The notes beneath the pieces were generated by a model. It was not told the origin of the DNA and made no database searches. It saw only the letters and a program-made list of their open reading frames with translations. 64,000 nt of DNA. Source: Solirubrobacterales bacterium (GTDB taxonomy: Bacteria > Actinomycetota > Thermoleophilia > Solirubrobacterales > 70-9). The position numbers were made by a program, and so were the translations under genes. The number at the start of each line of letters is the position of its first letter. Within the stretch, counting starts at the first letter, position 1. This document shows, one piece after another, positions 26,609-36,010 of the stretch. The stretch covers positions 37,280 through 101,279 of the forward strand of contig DASVFR010000037.1 of assembly GCA_036379955.1 (NCBI GenBank). The letters run 5' to 3'.

Positions 26609-27343
26609 CTAGATGAGGATCTCGCGTGAGATCACGGTGCGGCGCACCTGTTGGCGCAGGAACCACTTGGCGCGGATCGTGGCGCTGTTGTAGGCCGCGT
26701 CTAGCGAGCCGCTGCGGCCGATGAAGTAGGGCAGCGCCGCGAACGGCCGAAACGGGTTGCCGGCGGCGAGGGCGGCGAGCATGCGGCGCGCGGCGACGAC
26801 CTCGAACCGCATTCCCGTCCTCTCGTCCATCTCGGGGCCCATCGCGGTGAAGTACTCGTGGAAGACGGCGCGGGAGGCCCCGAAGAACCTGCTGTCCATG
26901 TGGTCGAGAGTTGGGACGATCGCGCCGCATACGCCGGCGGTCCGCTCGAGCCGGGGCAGGCACGCCTCGACGTTCTCGACGAAGAGCCTGCCGGTGCACT
27001 TGAAGATCCACTCGACCCGCTGGGCGAGCTCGGAGCCGGCGAAGTCGTCGATCAGCTCCGCCTCGCCGGCGCTCTTGCCGCCCGCCTCCGAGCCACGGCT
27101 CTCGCAGGCGAGGACGTGCACCTCGCGACCCGCCTGCCGACCGGCGTCGGCGAAGACGGAGGTGGGCCATCCCGAGTTCTCGGCGACGGCGATCTCCCAG
27201 CTAGGCGGCAGGGCCCGGCACCAGCGGCCGAGCGCGTCGAGGTATTCGGCCTCGCGCGCCTGCGGGTCGCGAACGGACAGGGCCGGGGTCTCGGGGTCGG
27301 GCGCGACGGTGGCGGTGAGCAGCAGCGCGCAGCTGGCGTTCAT
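26609..27343 (-). CDS. hypothetical protein, last gene of the polysaccharide operon
   Basis: 244-aa ORF 9 nt downstream of the GT2 gene stop (same strand). No family recognised (..KSAGEAELIDDF...IFKCTGRLFVENV..). Confidence 0.5.
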   Translation of the reverse strand: MNASCALLLTATVAPDPETPALSVRDPQAREAEYLDALGRWCRALPPSWEIAVAENSGWPTSVFADAGRQAGREVHVLACESRGSEAGGKSAGEAELIDDFAGSELAQRVEWIFKCTGRLFVENVEACLPRLERTAGVCGAIVPTLDHMDSRFFGASRAVFHEYFTAMGPEMDERTGMRFEVVAARRMLAALAAGNPFRPFAALPYFIGRSGSLDAAYNSATIRAKWFLRQQVRRTVISREILI

Positions 27344-27352
27344 CTCTTGACC

Positions 27353-28285
27353 CTAGAGGCTGTGGCGCCGTCGCCTGAGCGCGAGCGCCTGTCGCGCCGA
27401 TAGGTCGGTCAGCCCGCTCTCGGCGTGCTCGCGCCGCGCCGCGCCCTTGGCCGCCCGCCAGCCCCTCCAGCGGCCGCGGACGCCGCGCAGGGTGCGGTCC
27501 TGCAGGAGCTGGCCCGCGCAGATCGCCGTCTCGACCAGCAGCGCTCGGGCGAGGAGCGCCGGTCGCCGGCCGAATCCGTACCGGCGCAGCATGTAGCCGC
27601 GGCTCCAGCCGGTCATCTCGTACTTGGCGGCCGATCTGGCGCCCATCGTCTCCGAGTAGGCGTGGACGCCGCGCGCCAATGGGGCGAGCCGGCAGCGGGC
27701 GCCCTCGCGTCGCAGGCGCAGCGCCAAGTCGAGGTCCTCGTAATAGAGGAACATCCGCTCGTCGAAGCCGCCGACGCGCTCGAAGGCCACGCGCCGGAAG
27801 AGCGCCGCGCCGCCGGTCGGCCCAAGTGGGTCCACCGCGTCGGCCAGGGCCTCGACCGGCTCGCCGTTGAGGTAATCGAAGCCCAGCAGGGTGCGGTCGG
27901 CGATCACCCCGGCGGAGTCGATGCGGCCGGGGTCGCGTTCGCTGAGCAGGACGGCGGCGACCATCTCGACGTCCTCGTCGAGGACGTCGAGCAGCCCGGC
28001 GACGAATCCCGGCTCGACCGTGACGTCGTCGTTGAGGAAGACGATCGGGTCACCGGGCCCCTCGCGGACCGCCCGGTTGAGGGCCCTGCCGAAGCCCAGG
28101 TTCTCCCCGAAGTCGACCGTGCTCACCCAGGGGAAGCGCTCGCGGGCGAGGACCCCGGCGGCGTCCTCGCCGCTGTTGTCGGCGATCACGACGTCGGGCC
28201 TCGGCTCCTGCTCGGCCAATGCCGCCAGGGTTCGCGCCAGCCGCTCGCCGGCGCGCAGCGTGGGGATGTAGACGGTGGGCTTCAC
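27353..28285 (-). CDS. GT2 glycosyltransferase (rhamnosyltransferase-like)
   Basis: VYIPTLRAGERL...VVIADNSGED...ENLGFGRALNRAV...VFLNDDVTVEPGF...YYEDLDLALR. Confidence 0.7.
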   Translation of the reverse strand: MKPTVYIPTLRAGERLARTLAALAEQEPRPDVVIADNSGEDAAGVLARERFPWVSTVDFGENLGFGRALNRAVREGPGDPIVFLNDDVTVEPGFVAGLLDVLDEDVEMVAAVLLSERDPGRIDSAGVIADRTLLGFDYLNGEPVEALADAVDPLGPTGGAALFRRVAFERVGGFDERMFLYYEDLDLALRLRREGARCRLAPLARGVHAYSETMGARSAAKYEMTGWSRGYMLRRYGFGRRPALLARALLVETAICAGQLLQDRTLRGVRGRWRGWRAAKGAARREHAESGLTDLSARQALALRRRRHSL

Positions 28286-29425
28286 TCAGCGGTCCAGCTC
28301 GAAGGCGGCTCGGACCTGCTCGACGAAGCGATCGCCGTGGACCTCCTCGGCGTAGCGCCGCAGGTTCTCCTCGTAGCGCGCCGGAGCGCCGGGGTCGAGG
28401 GCCAGCTCCAGGATTGCGTCCCGGATCGCGGCTGGATCGTCGGGGTCGGGAGTGAGGCCGAGGCCGTATCGCTCGACGATCCTGCCGGCGACGTTGTCGT
28501 TGCCGATCACGACCGGCGTGCGGGCGCCGGCGGCCTCGATCAGCACCCTGGAGCCGGGCGCCTCCTTCCAGCCAAAGGAGAGCAGCGCGCAGCGCGCGCC
28601 TCCCATCGCCTCCATCGCGGCCGCGTAGGGAACCCTCGTCAGGTCGGTCTCGACCTTCACCCCGGCTTCGCGCAGCGCCGCCAGCTCGCGCTCGAGCTGC
28701 TCGCGGTACTCGGGAACCGGCGAGCCGTAGATCGTCAGCGGCAGCCCCTCGCAGCCCTCGGCGAGCGCGGCCGCGAGGCGGTCGATGCCCTTGCGCCGGT
28801 CGATCGAGCCGAAGAGGAAGCAGCCCGAGCGCTCCTCGGGCCGGCGGCGAGGGGGCTCGACCTCGAGGCGCGGCTCGGCCAGCCAGCGGGCCGGCGCCCC
28901 GCGCCTGCGCTGCCAGCGAGCGACCGCGGCCTGGTCGAGGCCGAAGACCGCGTACGCGTCACGGCGCCGCCGCCAGCGGGCAAGGCTGAGCTCCTTGAAG
29001 GCGGCTCGGGCCCGCTCCTTCGGGCTCAGCGGCAGCCCGTAGCTCCCCGGCAGCTGCGCCTTGGCGAACATGACGAAGGCGCTGACCCGGCAATCGAAGC
29101 GAGGCGCCGAGGCCAGCCAGCGCAGGATCGGATCGGCGAAGAGGATGATCGCCTGGTCGGGCCGGCTGGCCGCGATCGACTCGCGCAGGAGCTCGATCTC
29201 GCGTTTGGCCAGCGTCGCCTTGTCGAGGCCCTCTCCCGCGCCCGGCCGCGGCCGCGGCTCGCCCAGCGAGTGGGTCGTGACGCCGAGGTCGGAGCCGAGC
29301 TCGGCGAGGACGGGCTCTGGGGCCGCGACTACGACCTCGGCGCGCGGTGCCAGCGCCTCGGCGAAAGCGCGGGCGTAGAAGTTGTGGTGGCCGCCCGCGT
29401 TCCACTCGAAGAGGCAGATCCTCAT
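28286..29425 (-). CDS. GT-B fold glycosyltransferase (GT4-like)
   Basis: Starts MRICLFEWNAGGHHNF. C-terminal half has ...FLFGSIDRRKGIDRL...GSRVLIEAAGARTPVV. The tracked 541-aa ORF is N-terminally over-extended. ATGA overlap with the flippase stop. Confidence 0.6.
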   Translation of the reverse strand: MRICLFEWNAGGHHNFYARAFAEALAPRAEVVVAAPEPVLAELGSDLGVTTHSLGEPRPRPGAGEGLDKATLAKREIELLRESIAASRPDQAIILFADPILRWLASAPRFDCRVSAFVMFAKAQLPGSYGLPLSPKERARAAFKELSLARWRRRRDAYAVFGLDQAAVARWQRRRGAPARWLAEPRLEVEPPRRRPEERSGCFLFGSIDRRKGIDRLAAALAEGCEGLPLTIYGSPVPEYREQLERELAALREAGVKVETDLTRVPYAAAMEAMGGARCALLSFGWKEAPGSRVLIEAAGARTPVVIGNDNVAGRIVERYGLGLTPDPDDPAAIRDAILELALDPGAPARYEENLRRYAEEVHGDRFVEQVRAAFELDR

Positions 29426-30918
29426 GCCGGCGCTGCCCGGCGCCGGAGCAGGGGCCGGATGGTGTCGAGGATGCGCGCCACGTCGGCCCGGGAGAATATG
29501 AGCTCGAGGGGCAGCCAGACCGCGCATACGAGGACGAGGGAGAGCAGGAGCCCGGCGAGGTCGTCGGCGGGGTTCAGGAGCTGGGGGACGAGAGCGGCGA
29601 GCGCCGCGATGCAGCTCGCCTTCGCGACGGCGAGGAGCGAGCGCCTCACCGTCGGCCGGGCGCCGAGCGTCAGCGCCGCGAGGCCGACCACGGTGGAGGC
29701 GGTGATCGCCAGGCCGACGCCGGCCTCTCCCATCGGCGCCGTCAGCAGCGCCGCGAGGGCGAGCAGCACCGCCGATTCGCAGATCGCCGAGCCGAGCGGG
29801 AAGTTGGCCTCGCCCTCGGCCATGAAGGAGCCGATCATCGTCGCGCAGGCGCTGGCGGTCAGCATCATGCCGAGCGAGCCGACGAGGACGACGTCCGCGG
29901 TCGGCATCCATTCCTCGCCCAGGACAACCGCGATCAGCGGCTGCGCCGCGCCGGCGACCAGCGCCAGCGGCAGCCCGGCGACGATCGCCGTGTAGGCGAC
30001 GATCTGGGCCGTGCGCCGGGGCCGAAGCTCGGGTTCGCGCGAGAGAGCGGGGAAGGAGACCCGGGAGACGGCGGAGGTGAGGGCGACCGGGAAGGAGAAG
30101 AGGCGCTTCGCCATCGCGTAGTAGCCGGCCACCGGCGCCCCGCCGATCGCGGCGACGATGCCGACGAAGCCCAGTTCGCGCAGCAGGTAGATCCCCTGCA
30201 GGACGCTGATCCGCACGCCGAACCCGATCAGCGGCCGCACGGGCCCGAGGCGGAGACGGGCGCGGCGGACGAAGGGCTGGATCGCCCAGGCGGCGGCGAC
30301 GCCGGCGACCGCCCCCGCCGGCACCGCGCCGGCCAAGCTGAAGGCGCCCAAACCGGCGACCGCCGCGAGCAGCGCGAAGGCGTTGAACACCAGCGTTTCG
30401 GCGGTCTCGACCATGGCGACGCGGCCGAAGGCGAGGCGGCGCTCCATCAGCACCATCGGCATCGCCCGCGCCGCGTAGAGCGGCATCGCCAGGGCGGCGA
30501 CCGCGATCGTCCGCAGCGCTTCGCTGTCGCCGCCGGCGGCGGGCACGATCGCGAACGCGGCCAGGACCAGCAGCGCGCTCAGCGCCGTCGCGAAGGCGAG
30601 CATCGCCCCGCTCACCGCCGACTGGACATCCGGTGAGGGGTCCTCCTCGCGTCGCACCAGCGCCGCCGGCAACCCCAGCTCGGCCGCGCGCTGGCCGACC
30701 ATCTGCACGGCGAGGGCGATCGCGAAGAGGCCGTAGTCCGCGGGCGTCAGCAGGCGCGCGAGGACGACGGTGACGCCGGCGGTGAGCAGCTGCAGCCCCA
30801 GGGTGCGGCCGACGAGGACTCCCACTCCGCGGGCGGCGACCGCGCCGAGGGCGGGCTCGGCGGGCTGCGCGGCCTCGAACCGCTCCGCTTCCTCGAACCG
30901 CTCCTCCCCGTTCGGCAC
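29422..30918 (-). CDS. wzx: Wzx-type oligosaccharide flippase (polysaccharide biosynthesis protein, MOP superfamily)
   Basis: About 12-14 TM helices. N-terminal RTLGLQLLTAGVTVVLARLLTPADYGLFAIALAV is typical of the Wzx/PST family. Confidence 0.65.
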   Translation of the reverse strand: MPNGEERFEEAERFEAAQPAEPALGAVAARGVGVLVGRTLGLQLLTAGVTVVLARLLTPADYGLFAIALAVQMVGQRAAELGLPAALVRREEDPSPDVQSAVSGAMLAFATALSALLVLAAFAIVPAAGGDSEALRTIAVAALAMPLYAARAMPMVLMERRLAFGRVAMVETAETLVFNAFALLAAVAGLGAFSLAGAVPAGAVAGVAAAWAIQPFVRRARLRLGPVRPLIGFGVRISVLQGIYLLRELGFVGIVAAIGGAPVAGYYAMAKRLFSFPVALTSAVSRVSFPALSREPELRPRRTAQIVAYTAIVAGLPLALVAGAAQPLIAVVLGEEWMPTADVVLVGSLGMMLTASACATMIGSFMAEGEANFPLGSAICESAVLLALAALLTAPMGEAGVGLAITASTVVGLAALTLGARPTVRRSLLAVAKASCIAALAALVPQLLNPADDLAGLLLSLVLVCAVWLPLELIFSRADVARILDTIRPLLRRRAAPA

Positions 30919-30928
30919 CTAGTGGCCT

Positions 30929-33175
30929 CTAGAGCAGGCCGGCCGGGGGCTGGATGTCGAAGATTCTCAGCAGGGGGGCGCCGGGGGCTTCGGGGACGAC
31001 CTCGAAGAGCGAGGGGGCGCCGAGGTAGGAGCCCTGCAGGAATATGCGGCTGGCGGGGATGTCGCCCGGCTCGTCGATGTCGCGCTGGTAGTTGAAGCCG
31101 CCGTACCCTTCCTCGCCGGCGATCACCTTGAGGTTGGAGTGCTTCTCTCCCGGGTCGCGCTCGACGACGAGGATGTCGGGCTTGGGGGTCGCGACTTTGC
31201 CGTTGGGATAGGTCTTGCCGGCAAGTTCTCCTATGCCCAGCGACCATTCGTTCGGCTTCGCGCCGCGGAAGGGCAGGACCGTGCCGAAGGCTTGGGCCCG
31301 GAAGCCCGACTCGCCGGAGAGGATGCTGAGGCGCGCTCTGGAAGTGCTGAGACCGCGGTCGACCAGGAAGAGGTCGGCGCGCGGCGGGTCGTAGGAGGCG
31401 ATTTCGTAGGTCCTGGTGATCCCGGGGCCGGGAGCGCCGAGCGTGCGGGAGAAGGCCTTGATCCGGGCGCCGTTGTCGCTGCGGCGTACCGTGACGAAGA
31501 TCTTGCTCCGGCTCTGCTGGATTTCGAAGATCGCCGGGATCGCCATCGGCAGCCATGAGCCGACGTCGTAGTAGGTCTTCCCCGGCAGGCCCGAGGAGCG
31601 GAAGGTCGTCGAACGCGTCCGGCGGCTGACCGGGTCGAAGACGTGCAGGTGGACCGTGCGCCCGTGGCGGTTGACCCAGTAGACCTGGGTGTTGTCGGAG
31701 CCCCTGCCGCTGTCGGTGAAGACCGCTTGGGCGTGGGCAACCGAGCGCGGCAGGGGCATGGTCTTGACCAGCGGGAAGGGTTCGGGAAGCGTGCTCTGGA
31801 TCGCCAGGCCGGCGATCAGCACGACCGCGATCCCGACCAGCCCGCAGACGATCGTCGCCCGGGCGCCGAAGCGGCGCGGGCCGGAGGGCTCGGGAGCCGT
31901 CGCCTCCGCGGGCGGGGGAGGGGGCGCCGCCGCTGCCGATCCGCGCTGCCGCATGTGCCGGATCTTCCCCCAAGCGGTCCCGACGATGCCGGGCGGGGCA
32001 TGCGGGTCCTCGACGAAGGCGCCGAAGACGAGCAGCCCGGGGGCGACGATCAGCCAGTCGATCTGCTGGGTCCAAAGGTTGGTGTATAGGCCGAAGAGGG
32101 CGATGAAGGTGAGGTAGGCCGAGACCATGCACCAGCGGAAGGAGCGGGTGCGGGCCGCCGCGCCGTAGGCCCCGGCGGCCAGGGCCCCGGCGGCGGCGAC
32201 CCCCGGCACCAGCAGCGCGAACCCCCCGTCGGCCCAGAAGGAGCCGGCGATCGTGCTCGTCACCCAGGGAGGGGTCAGTTCGCCAGAGACGTCGCCGATG
32301 TGCTGTGCGCTGGGGACGAACCGGTCGAGCGCGGCCGCGTCGAACGCGCCGTGGGCGAAGGGAGCCGCGGTCGGGTAGTGGTGGACGATGCCTTCGAGGG
32401 CGAGGAAGTTGGTGGTGAGGATCAGGTAGACGGGGATCAGCGGCTTGAGGAAGAACGGCAGCGGCGGCAGCACTTCGCTGAACAGTTCGGCCTCGAAGGG
32501 GGTGGTCGGGTGCTGGTAGGTGCGCAGATAGAAGCCGGCGACGATCGCCAGGAAGGCGACCAGGCCGCCGGCGGTGATCAGGTAGGGGCTGGGTCGTCCC
32601 CAGTAGAGCCAGCGGGCGATGATCACGACGATGATCGGCAGGACGACGTTGCCGCGCCCTGCCTGCAGGGCGAAGGCCCCGAGGGCGAGGACCGAGAGCC
32701 CGAGCTCGAAGCGGGACTCGCGGCCGAACGGGTTGCGTGCCCGCGTCATCGCGACGATGACGGCGATCGTCAGCAGGTCGGTGAGCAGGATCGTCGGCCC
32801 GCCCTCCGAGAACCGCGCTTCGTCGATGCTGCCGCTGAGCAGCGGCGGCCGCCCGGCGCGGGCGAACTGGTAGGCGACGGCGAGCAGGCCGACCCCGATC
32901 AGCACGAGCAGCGCCCTGCGAAAGGTCCGCTCAGGGATGCGGATCCCCGACCGCAGCTTGGAGTCCGGCGTCGCCATCGCCGCGATCCCCTCGCCGATCA
33001 GCCCGCCGGCGATGAAGGCGAGGGGCACGGCGACGACGACCGCGACCATCACGGTCGACCAGGGGCCCTGGGCGTGCAGGATGTGGATCTGGGCGAGGAG
33101 CGCGGTCAGCGCCCAGACGAGCGGGAAGAGGAGCAGCGGCGAGAGCACCGAGGCGTTGAGGCGCCGCAGCGTCAC
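30929..33175 (-). CDS. polytopic membrane protein (Wzy-like repeat-unit polymerase candidate) with a C-terminal extracytoplasmic domain of about 330 aa
   Basis: The N-terminal ~400 aa are multi-TM. The C-terminal part is soluble and beta-rich (..ILVVERDPGEKHSNLKVIAGEEGYGGFNYQ..). Located between wzx and GT2 genes. GTGA overlap with the upstream gene. Confidence 0.45.
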   Translation of the reverse strand: MTLRRLNASVLSPLLLFPLVWALTALLAQIHILHAQGPWSTVMVAVVVAVPLAFIAGGLIGEGIAAMATPDSKLRSGIRIPERTFRRALLVLIGVGLLAVAYQFARAGRPPLLSGSIDEARFSEGGPTILLTDLLTIAVIVAMTRARNPFGRESRFELGLSVLALGAFALQAGRGNVVLPIIVVIIARWLYWGRPSPYLITAGGLVAFLAIVAGFYLRTYQHPTTPFEAELFSEVLPPLPFFLKPLIPVYLILTTNFLALEGIVHHYPTAAPFAHGAFDAAALDRFVPSAQHIGDVSGELTPPWVTSTIAGSFWADGGFALLVPGVAAAGALAAGAYGAAARTRSFRWCMVSAYLTFIALFGLYTNLWTQQIDWLIVAPGLLVFGAFVEDPHAPPGIVGTAWGKIRHMRQRGSAAAAPPPPPAEATAPEPSGPRRFGARATIVCGLVGIAVVLIAGLAIQSTLPEPFPLVKTMPLPRSVAHAQAVFTDSGRGSDNTQVYWVNRHGRTVHLHVFDPVSRRTRSTTFRSSGLPGKTYYDVGSWLPMAIPAIFEIQQSRSKIFVTVRRSDNGARIKAFSRTLGAPGPGITRTYEIASYDPPRADLFLVDRGLSTSRARLSILSGESGFRAQAFGTVLPFRGAKPNEWSLGIGELAGKTYPNGKVATPKPDILVVERDPGEKHSNLKVIAGEEGYGGFNYQRDIDEPGDIPASRIFLQGSYLGAPSLFEVVPEAPGAPLLRIFDIQPPAGLL

Positions 33176-34083
33176 CGCGCCGCCCCCAGCCGGTAGCCGT
33201 GGGCGTAGCCGGCGCGGGTCATCGCCAGCCAGACGCGCTCGCGCGGGCCGCGGGGCAGCGGCAGGCGAGCGATGACGCCGAGCAGCGGCTCGGCGAGGCG
33301 GACGGCCGACCAGGCGAGACCGCGGGGAGCCTGGATCGACGGGTGGGGCCGGTCGGGACGCAGCTCGTTGTAGAGGGCGGCCGAGCGGCCGACGGCAACC
33401 GAGCGACGCAGCGACTGCTCGGGCGTCGTCGGGTGGTCGTGGAGGACCAGCAGCTCGGGGTGGTAGTCGAGCTCGAGGCCGGCGTCGGCGAAGCGGACGC
33501 CGAGCTCGGTGTCCTCGACGGCCGCGGTCGGGAAGCGCTCGTCGAAGCCGCCGACCCGCTCGAAGAGGGCGCGCTTGACCGAGGCATGCGAGCTGTAGAA
33601 GTAGCTCGCCGCGTCGACCGGGCCGGCCTCGAGCTCGCCGTAGTGGAACTGGGGGCCGCCGTTCTCCAGCCAGCGCATGAACGGCGTCACCGGCGCCCGC
33701 GGGGTCCAGGTGATCCGCCCCAATACCCCGTAGGGGGACTCGGGGCGCGCCGCGTGCAGGTCGAGGTGAGCGCGCAGGAGGCTTGCGTCGGCGGGCTCGG
33801 TGTCATCGCCGAGAAAGAGCAGCACCTCGCCGGAGGCCGCCGCCGCGCCGGAGTTGCGCGCCGCCGCCGGGCCGCCCGCGGGCTGCTCCAGCAGTCGCAG
33901 CCGGAGCGACGAGCGTTCGGCCCGCCTTCGCACGACCTCGGGCGTACCGTCGTCCGAGCCGTTGTCGATCACGACGACCTCGAGCTCGGCGCCGTCGGCG
34001 CGCTGCCCTTCGAGGGCGTCGAGGGTTCGCGTCAGCGCCGCGACGCGGTCCTTGGTCGGTATGAGGACGGAAAGGGAATTCAT
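33172..34083 (-). CDS. GT2 glycosyltransferase
   Basis: LSVLIPTKDRVAAL...VVVIDNGSDDGTPEV...LFLGDDTEP... Confidence 0.7.
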   Translation of the reverse strand: MNSLSVLIPTKDRVAALTRTLDALEGQRADGAELEVVVIDNGSDDGTPEVVRRRAERSSLRLRLLEQPAGGPAAARNSGAAAASGEVLLFLGDDTEPADASLLRAHLDLHAARPESPYGVLGRITWTPRAPVTPFMRWLENGGPQFHYGELEAGPVDAASYFYSSHASVKRALFERVGGFDERFPTAAVEDTELGVRFADAGLELDYHPELLVLHDHPTTPEQSLRRSVAVGRSAALYNELRPDRPHPSIQAPRGLAWSAVRLAEPLLGVIARLPLPRGPRERVWLAMTRAGYAHGYRLGAAR

Positions 34084-34904
34084 CGGGCGCCGCCCGCTCT
34101 AAGGCGCCTGGAGAGCCTAAGTAGCGGCCCGGCTGCCGGCATCGTCCAGGCGTGGTGGAGGCGAATGTAGCGCTCGACCGAGCGCAGCCGGATCGCCTGC
34201 TGCTCGCGCGGGTCGACCTGGACGAAGGCCTCCGCCCCGGCGTGCCCGACCTGGGCCGAGCCGGCGACGAGGTTGCGGTAGCCGGCGTCGTGCAGCCGCT
34301 GCGCCAGGTCCACGTCCTCGTACCAGAGGAAGAAACCCTCGTCGAAGCCGCCCAGCTCCTCCCAGGCTTGGCGGCGGACGACGAAGCAGGCGCCGGATGG
34401 CTGACCGACTTCGGCGACCTCTCCTGGCGAGGGGGTCGGCTGCCGCCGCTCGCCGAAGGAGCCGACGAAGATCCGCGCCAGCATCGTTCCCGCTCCGGGC
34501 AGGGCCGCGTGGTAGCGGTCGGTGTCGCCGCTGAAGACCGGCCCCACCATCCCCGCCCGTGGCTCGGCGCCGGCGGCCGCGGCCAGCGCCGCGAGGGCGC
34601 CCGCCTCGGGCAGCACGTCGGCGTTGCTGACGCAGACGAGCTCGGCGTCGCCGCCGCGCAGCGCCCGGTTGGCGGCCCGTCCGTAGCCGAAGTTCTCTTC
34701 GCCGAGGTCGAGCTGCGCGCCTTTCGGGCAGCCCTCGCGCAGCAGCTCGCGCTGCTCGGGTCGCGAGTCGTTGTCGACGATCGTCACCCGCGCCTCGACT
34801 TCGTCGGAGGCGAGGTAGGCGCGCGCGGCGGCAAGCGCCGCCCCGGCTGTGTTCCAGTTGACGATCGCGACGTCGATTGCGGGCGGGGAGGCGTCCGGGC
34901 ACAT
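34080..34904 (-). CDS. GT2 glycosyltransferase
   Basis: VAIVNWNTAGAA...VTIVDNDSRPE...ENFGYGRAANRAL...WYEDVDLAQR. Confidence 0.7.
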   Translation of the reverse strand: MCPDASPPAIDVAIVNWNTAGAALAAARAYLASDEVEARVTIVDNDSRPEQRELLREGCPKGAQLDLGEENFGYGRAANRALRGGDAELVCVSNADVLPEAGALAALAAAAGAEPRAGMVGPVFSGDTDRYHAALPGAGTMLARIFVGSFGERRQPTPSPGEVAEVGQPSGACFVVRRQAWEELGGFDEGFFLWYEDVDLAQRLHDAGYRNLVAGSAQVGHAGAEAFVQVDPREQQAIRLRSVERYIRLHHAWTMPAAGPLLRLSRRLRAGGAR

Positions 34905-34933
34905 CGTCGCCGCGACGATAGCCTTCCCGCGAC

Positions 34934-36010
34934 GTGCAAGACCTCAAGGGCCTGATCCTCTCCGGCGGCGCCGGGACGCGGCTGCGGCCGATCACCCACA
35001 CCTCGGCCAAGCAGCTGGTGCCGGTGGCCAACAAGCCCGTGCTCTTCTACGGGATCGAGGCGTTGGTCGACGCCGGGGTGACCGAGATCGGGATCATCAT
35101 CGCGCCGGAGACCGGCGGCGAGATCCGCGAGGCGGTCGGCGACGGCTCCGCCTTCGGCGCCGAGGTCACCTTCATCGTCCAGGACGAGCCCGCTGGCCTC
35201 GCCCACGCGGTGCTCACCGCGGAGGGGTTCATCGGCGACTCGCCCTTCGTCATGTACCTCGGCGACAACCTTCTTGCCGACGGTCTGCGCGGCCTCGTCT
35301 CCTCCTTCCGCGCCGAGGAGCCGGACGCGTTGATCCTGCTCACCCCGGTCGACGATCCGCAGTCCTACGGCGTCGCCGAGCTCGACGGGGAGCGGATCGT
35401 GCGCCTGATCGAGAAGCCGAAGGACCCGCCCTCCAACCTGGCGCTGGTCGGCGTCTACCTCTTCGCGCCGTCGATCTTCGACGCCGCCCGGGCACTGGAG
35501 CCGTCATGGCGCGGGGAGCTGGAGATCACCGAGGCGATCCAGGGCCTGATCGACGAGGGCAGGGCCGTCAGGTCGGAGGTGGTGAGCGGCTGGTGGAAGG
35601 ACACCGGCCAGCTCGCCGACATGCTCGAGGCCAACCGGCTCGTGCTGGAGGAGATCGAGACGCGGATCGAGGGCGAGGTCGACGCGGCCTCGCGGGTCGA
35701 GGGCCGGGTCGTGATCGAGCCCGGCGCGGTGCTGAAGGGCTCGGTAGTGCGCGGCCCCGCCGTGATCGGCGCCGGCGCCACGATCGAGAGCGCCTACGTC
35801 GGCCCCTACACCTCGATCGGCGACGGGGTCCGCATCTGTCGCTCCGAAGTCGAGCACTCGATCGTCCTCGCCAACTCGGTCGTCGAGGACCTCGGCACCC
35901 GCATGGAGGCCAGCCTGCTCGGCCGCGAAGTGAAGCTGACCCGCAGCGAGGGCATGCCGAAGACCCTGCGCATGCTGGTCGGCGACCGCTCCGAGATCAA
36001 GCTGATCTGA
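34934..36010 (+). CDS. rmlA: glucose-1-phosphate thymidylyltransferase (long, ~355-aa form)
   Basis: GLILSGGAGTRLRPITHTSAKQLVPVANKPVLFYGIE plus a C-terminal left-handed beta-helix-like region. Followed by rmlD, rmlB and rmlC. Confidence 0.8.
   Translation: MQDLKGLILSGGAGTRLRPITHTSAKQLVPVANKPVLFYGIEALVDAGVTEIGIIIAPETGGEIREAVGDGSAFGAEVTFIVQDEPAGLAHAVLTAEGFIGDSPFVMYLGDNLLADGLRGLVSSFRAEEPDALILLTPVDDPQSYGVAELDGERIVRLIEKPKDPPSNLALVGVYLFAPSIFDAARALEPSWRGELEITEAIQGLIDEGRAVRSEVVSGWWKDTGQLADMLEANRLVLEEIETRIEGEVDAASRVEGRVVIEPGAVLKGSVVRGPAVIGAGATIESAYVGPYTSIGDGVRICRSEVEHSIVLANSVVEDLGTRMEASLLGREVKLTRSEGMPKTLRMLVGDRSEIKLI

Noticed and set aside
27425-29995. 856-aa plus-strand ORF
   Set aside because: It is antisense to the GT2, GT4 and wzx genes, which have recognisable motifs and stop/start overlaps between neighbouring genes (spacing typical of translational coupling).
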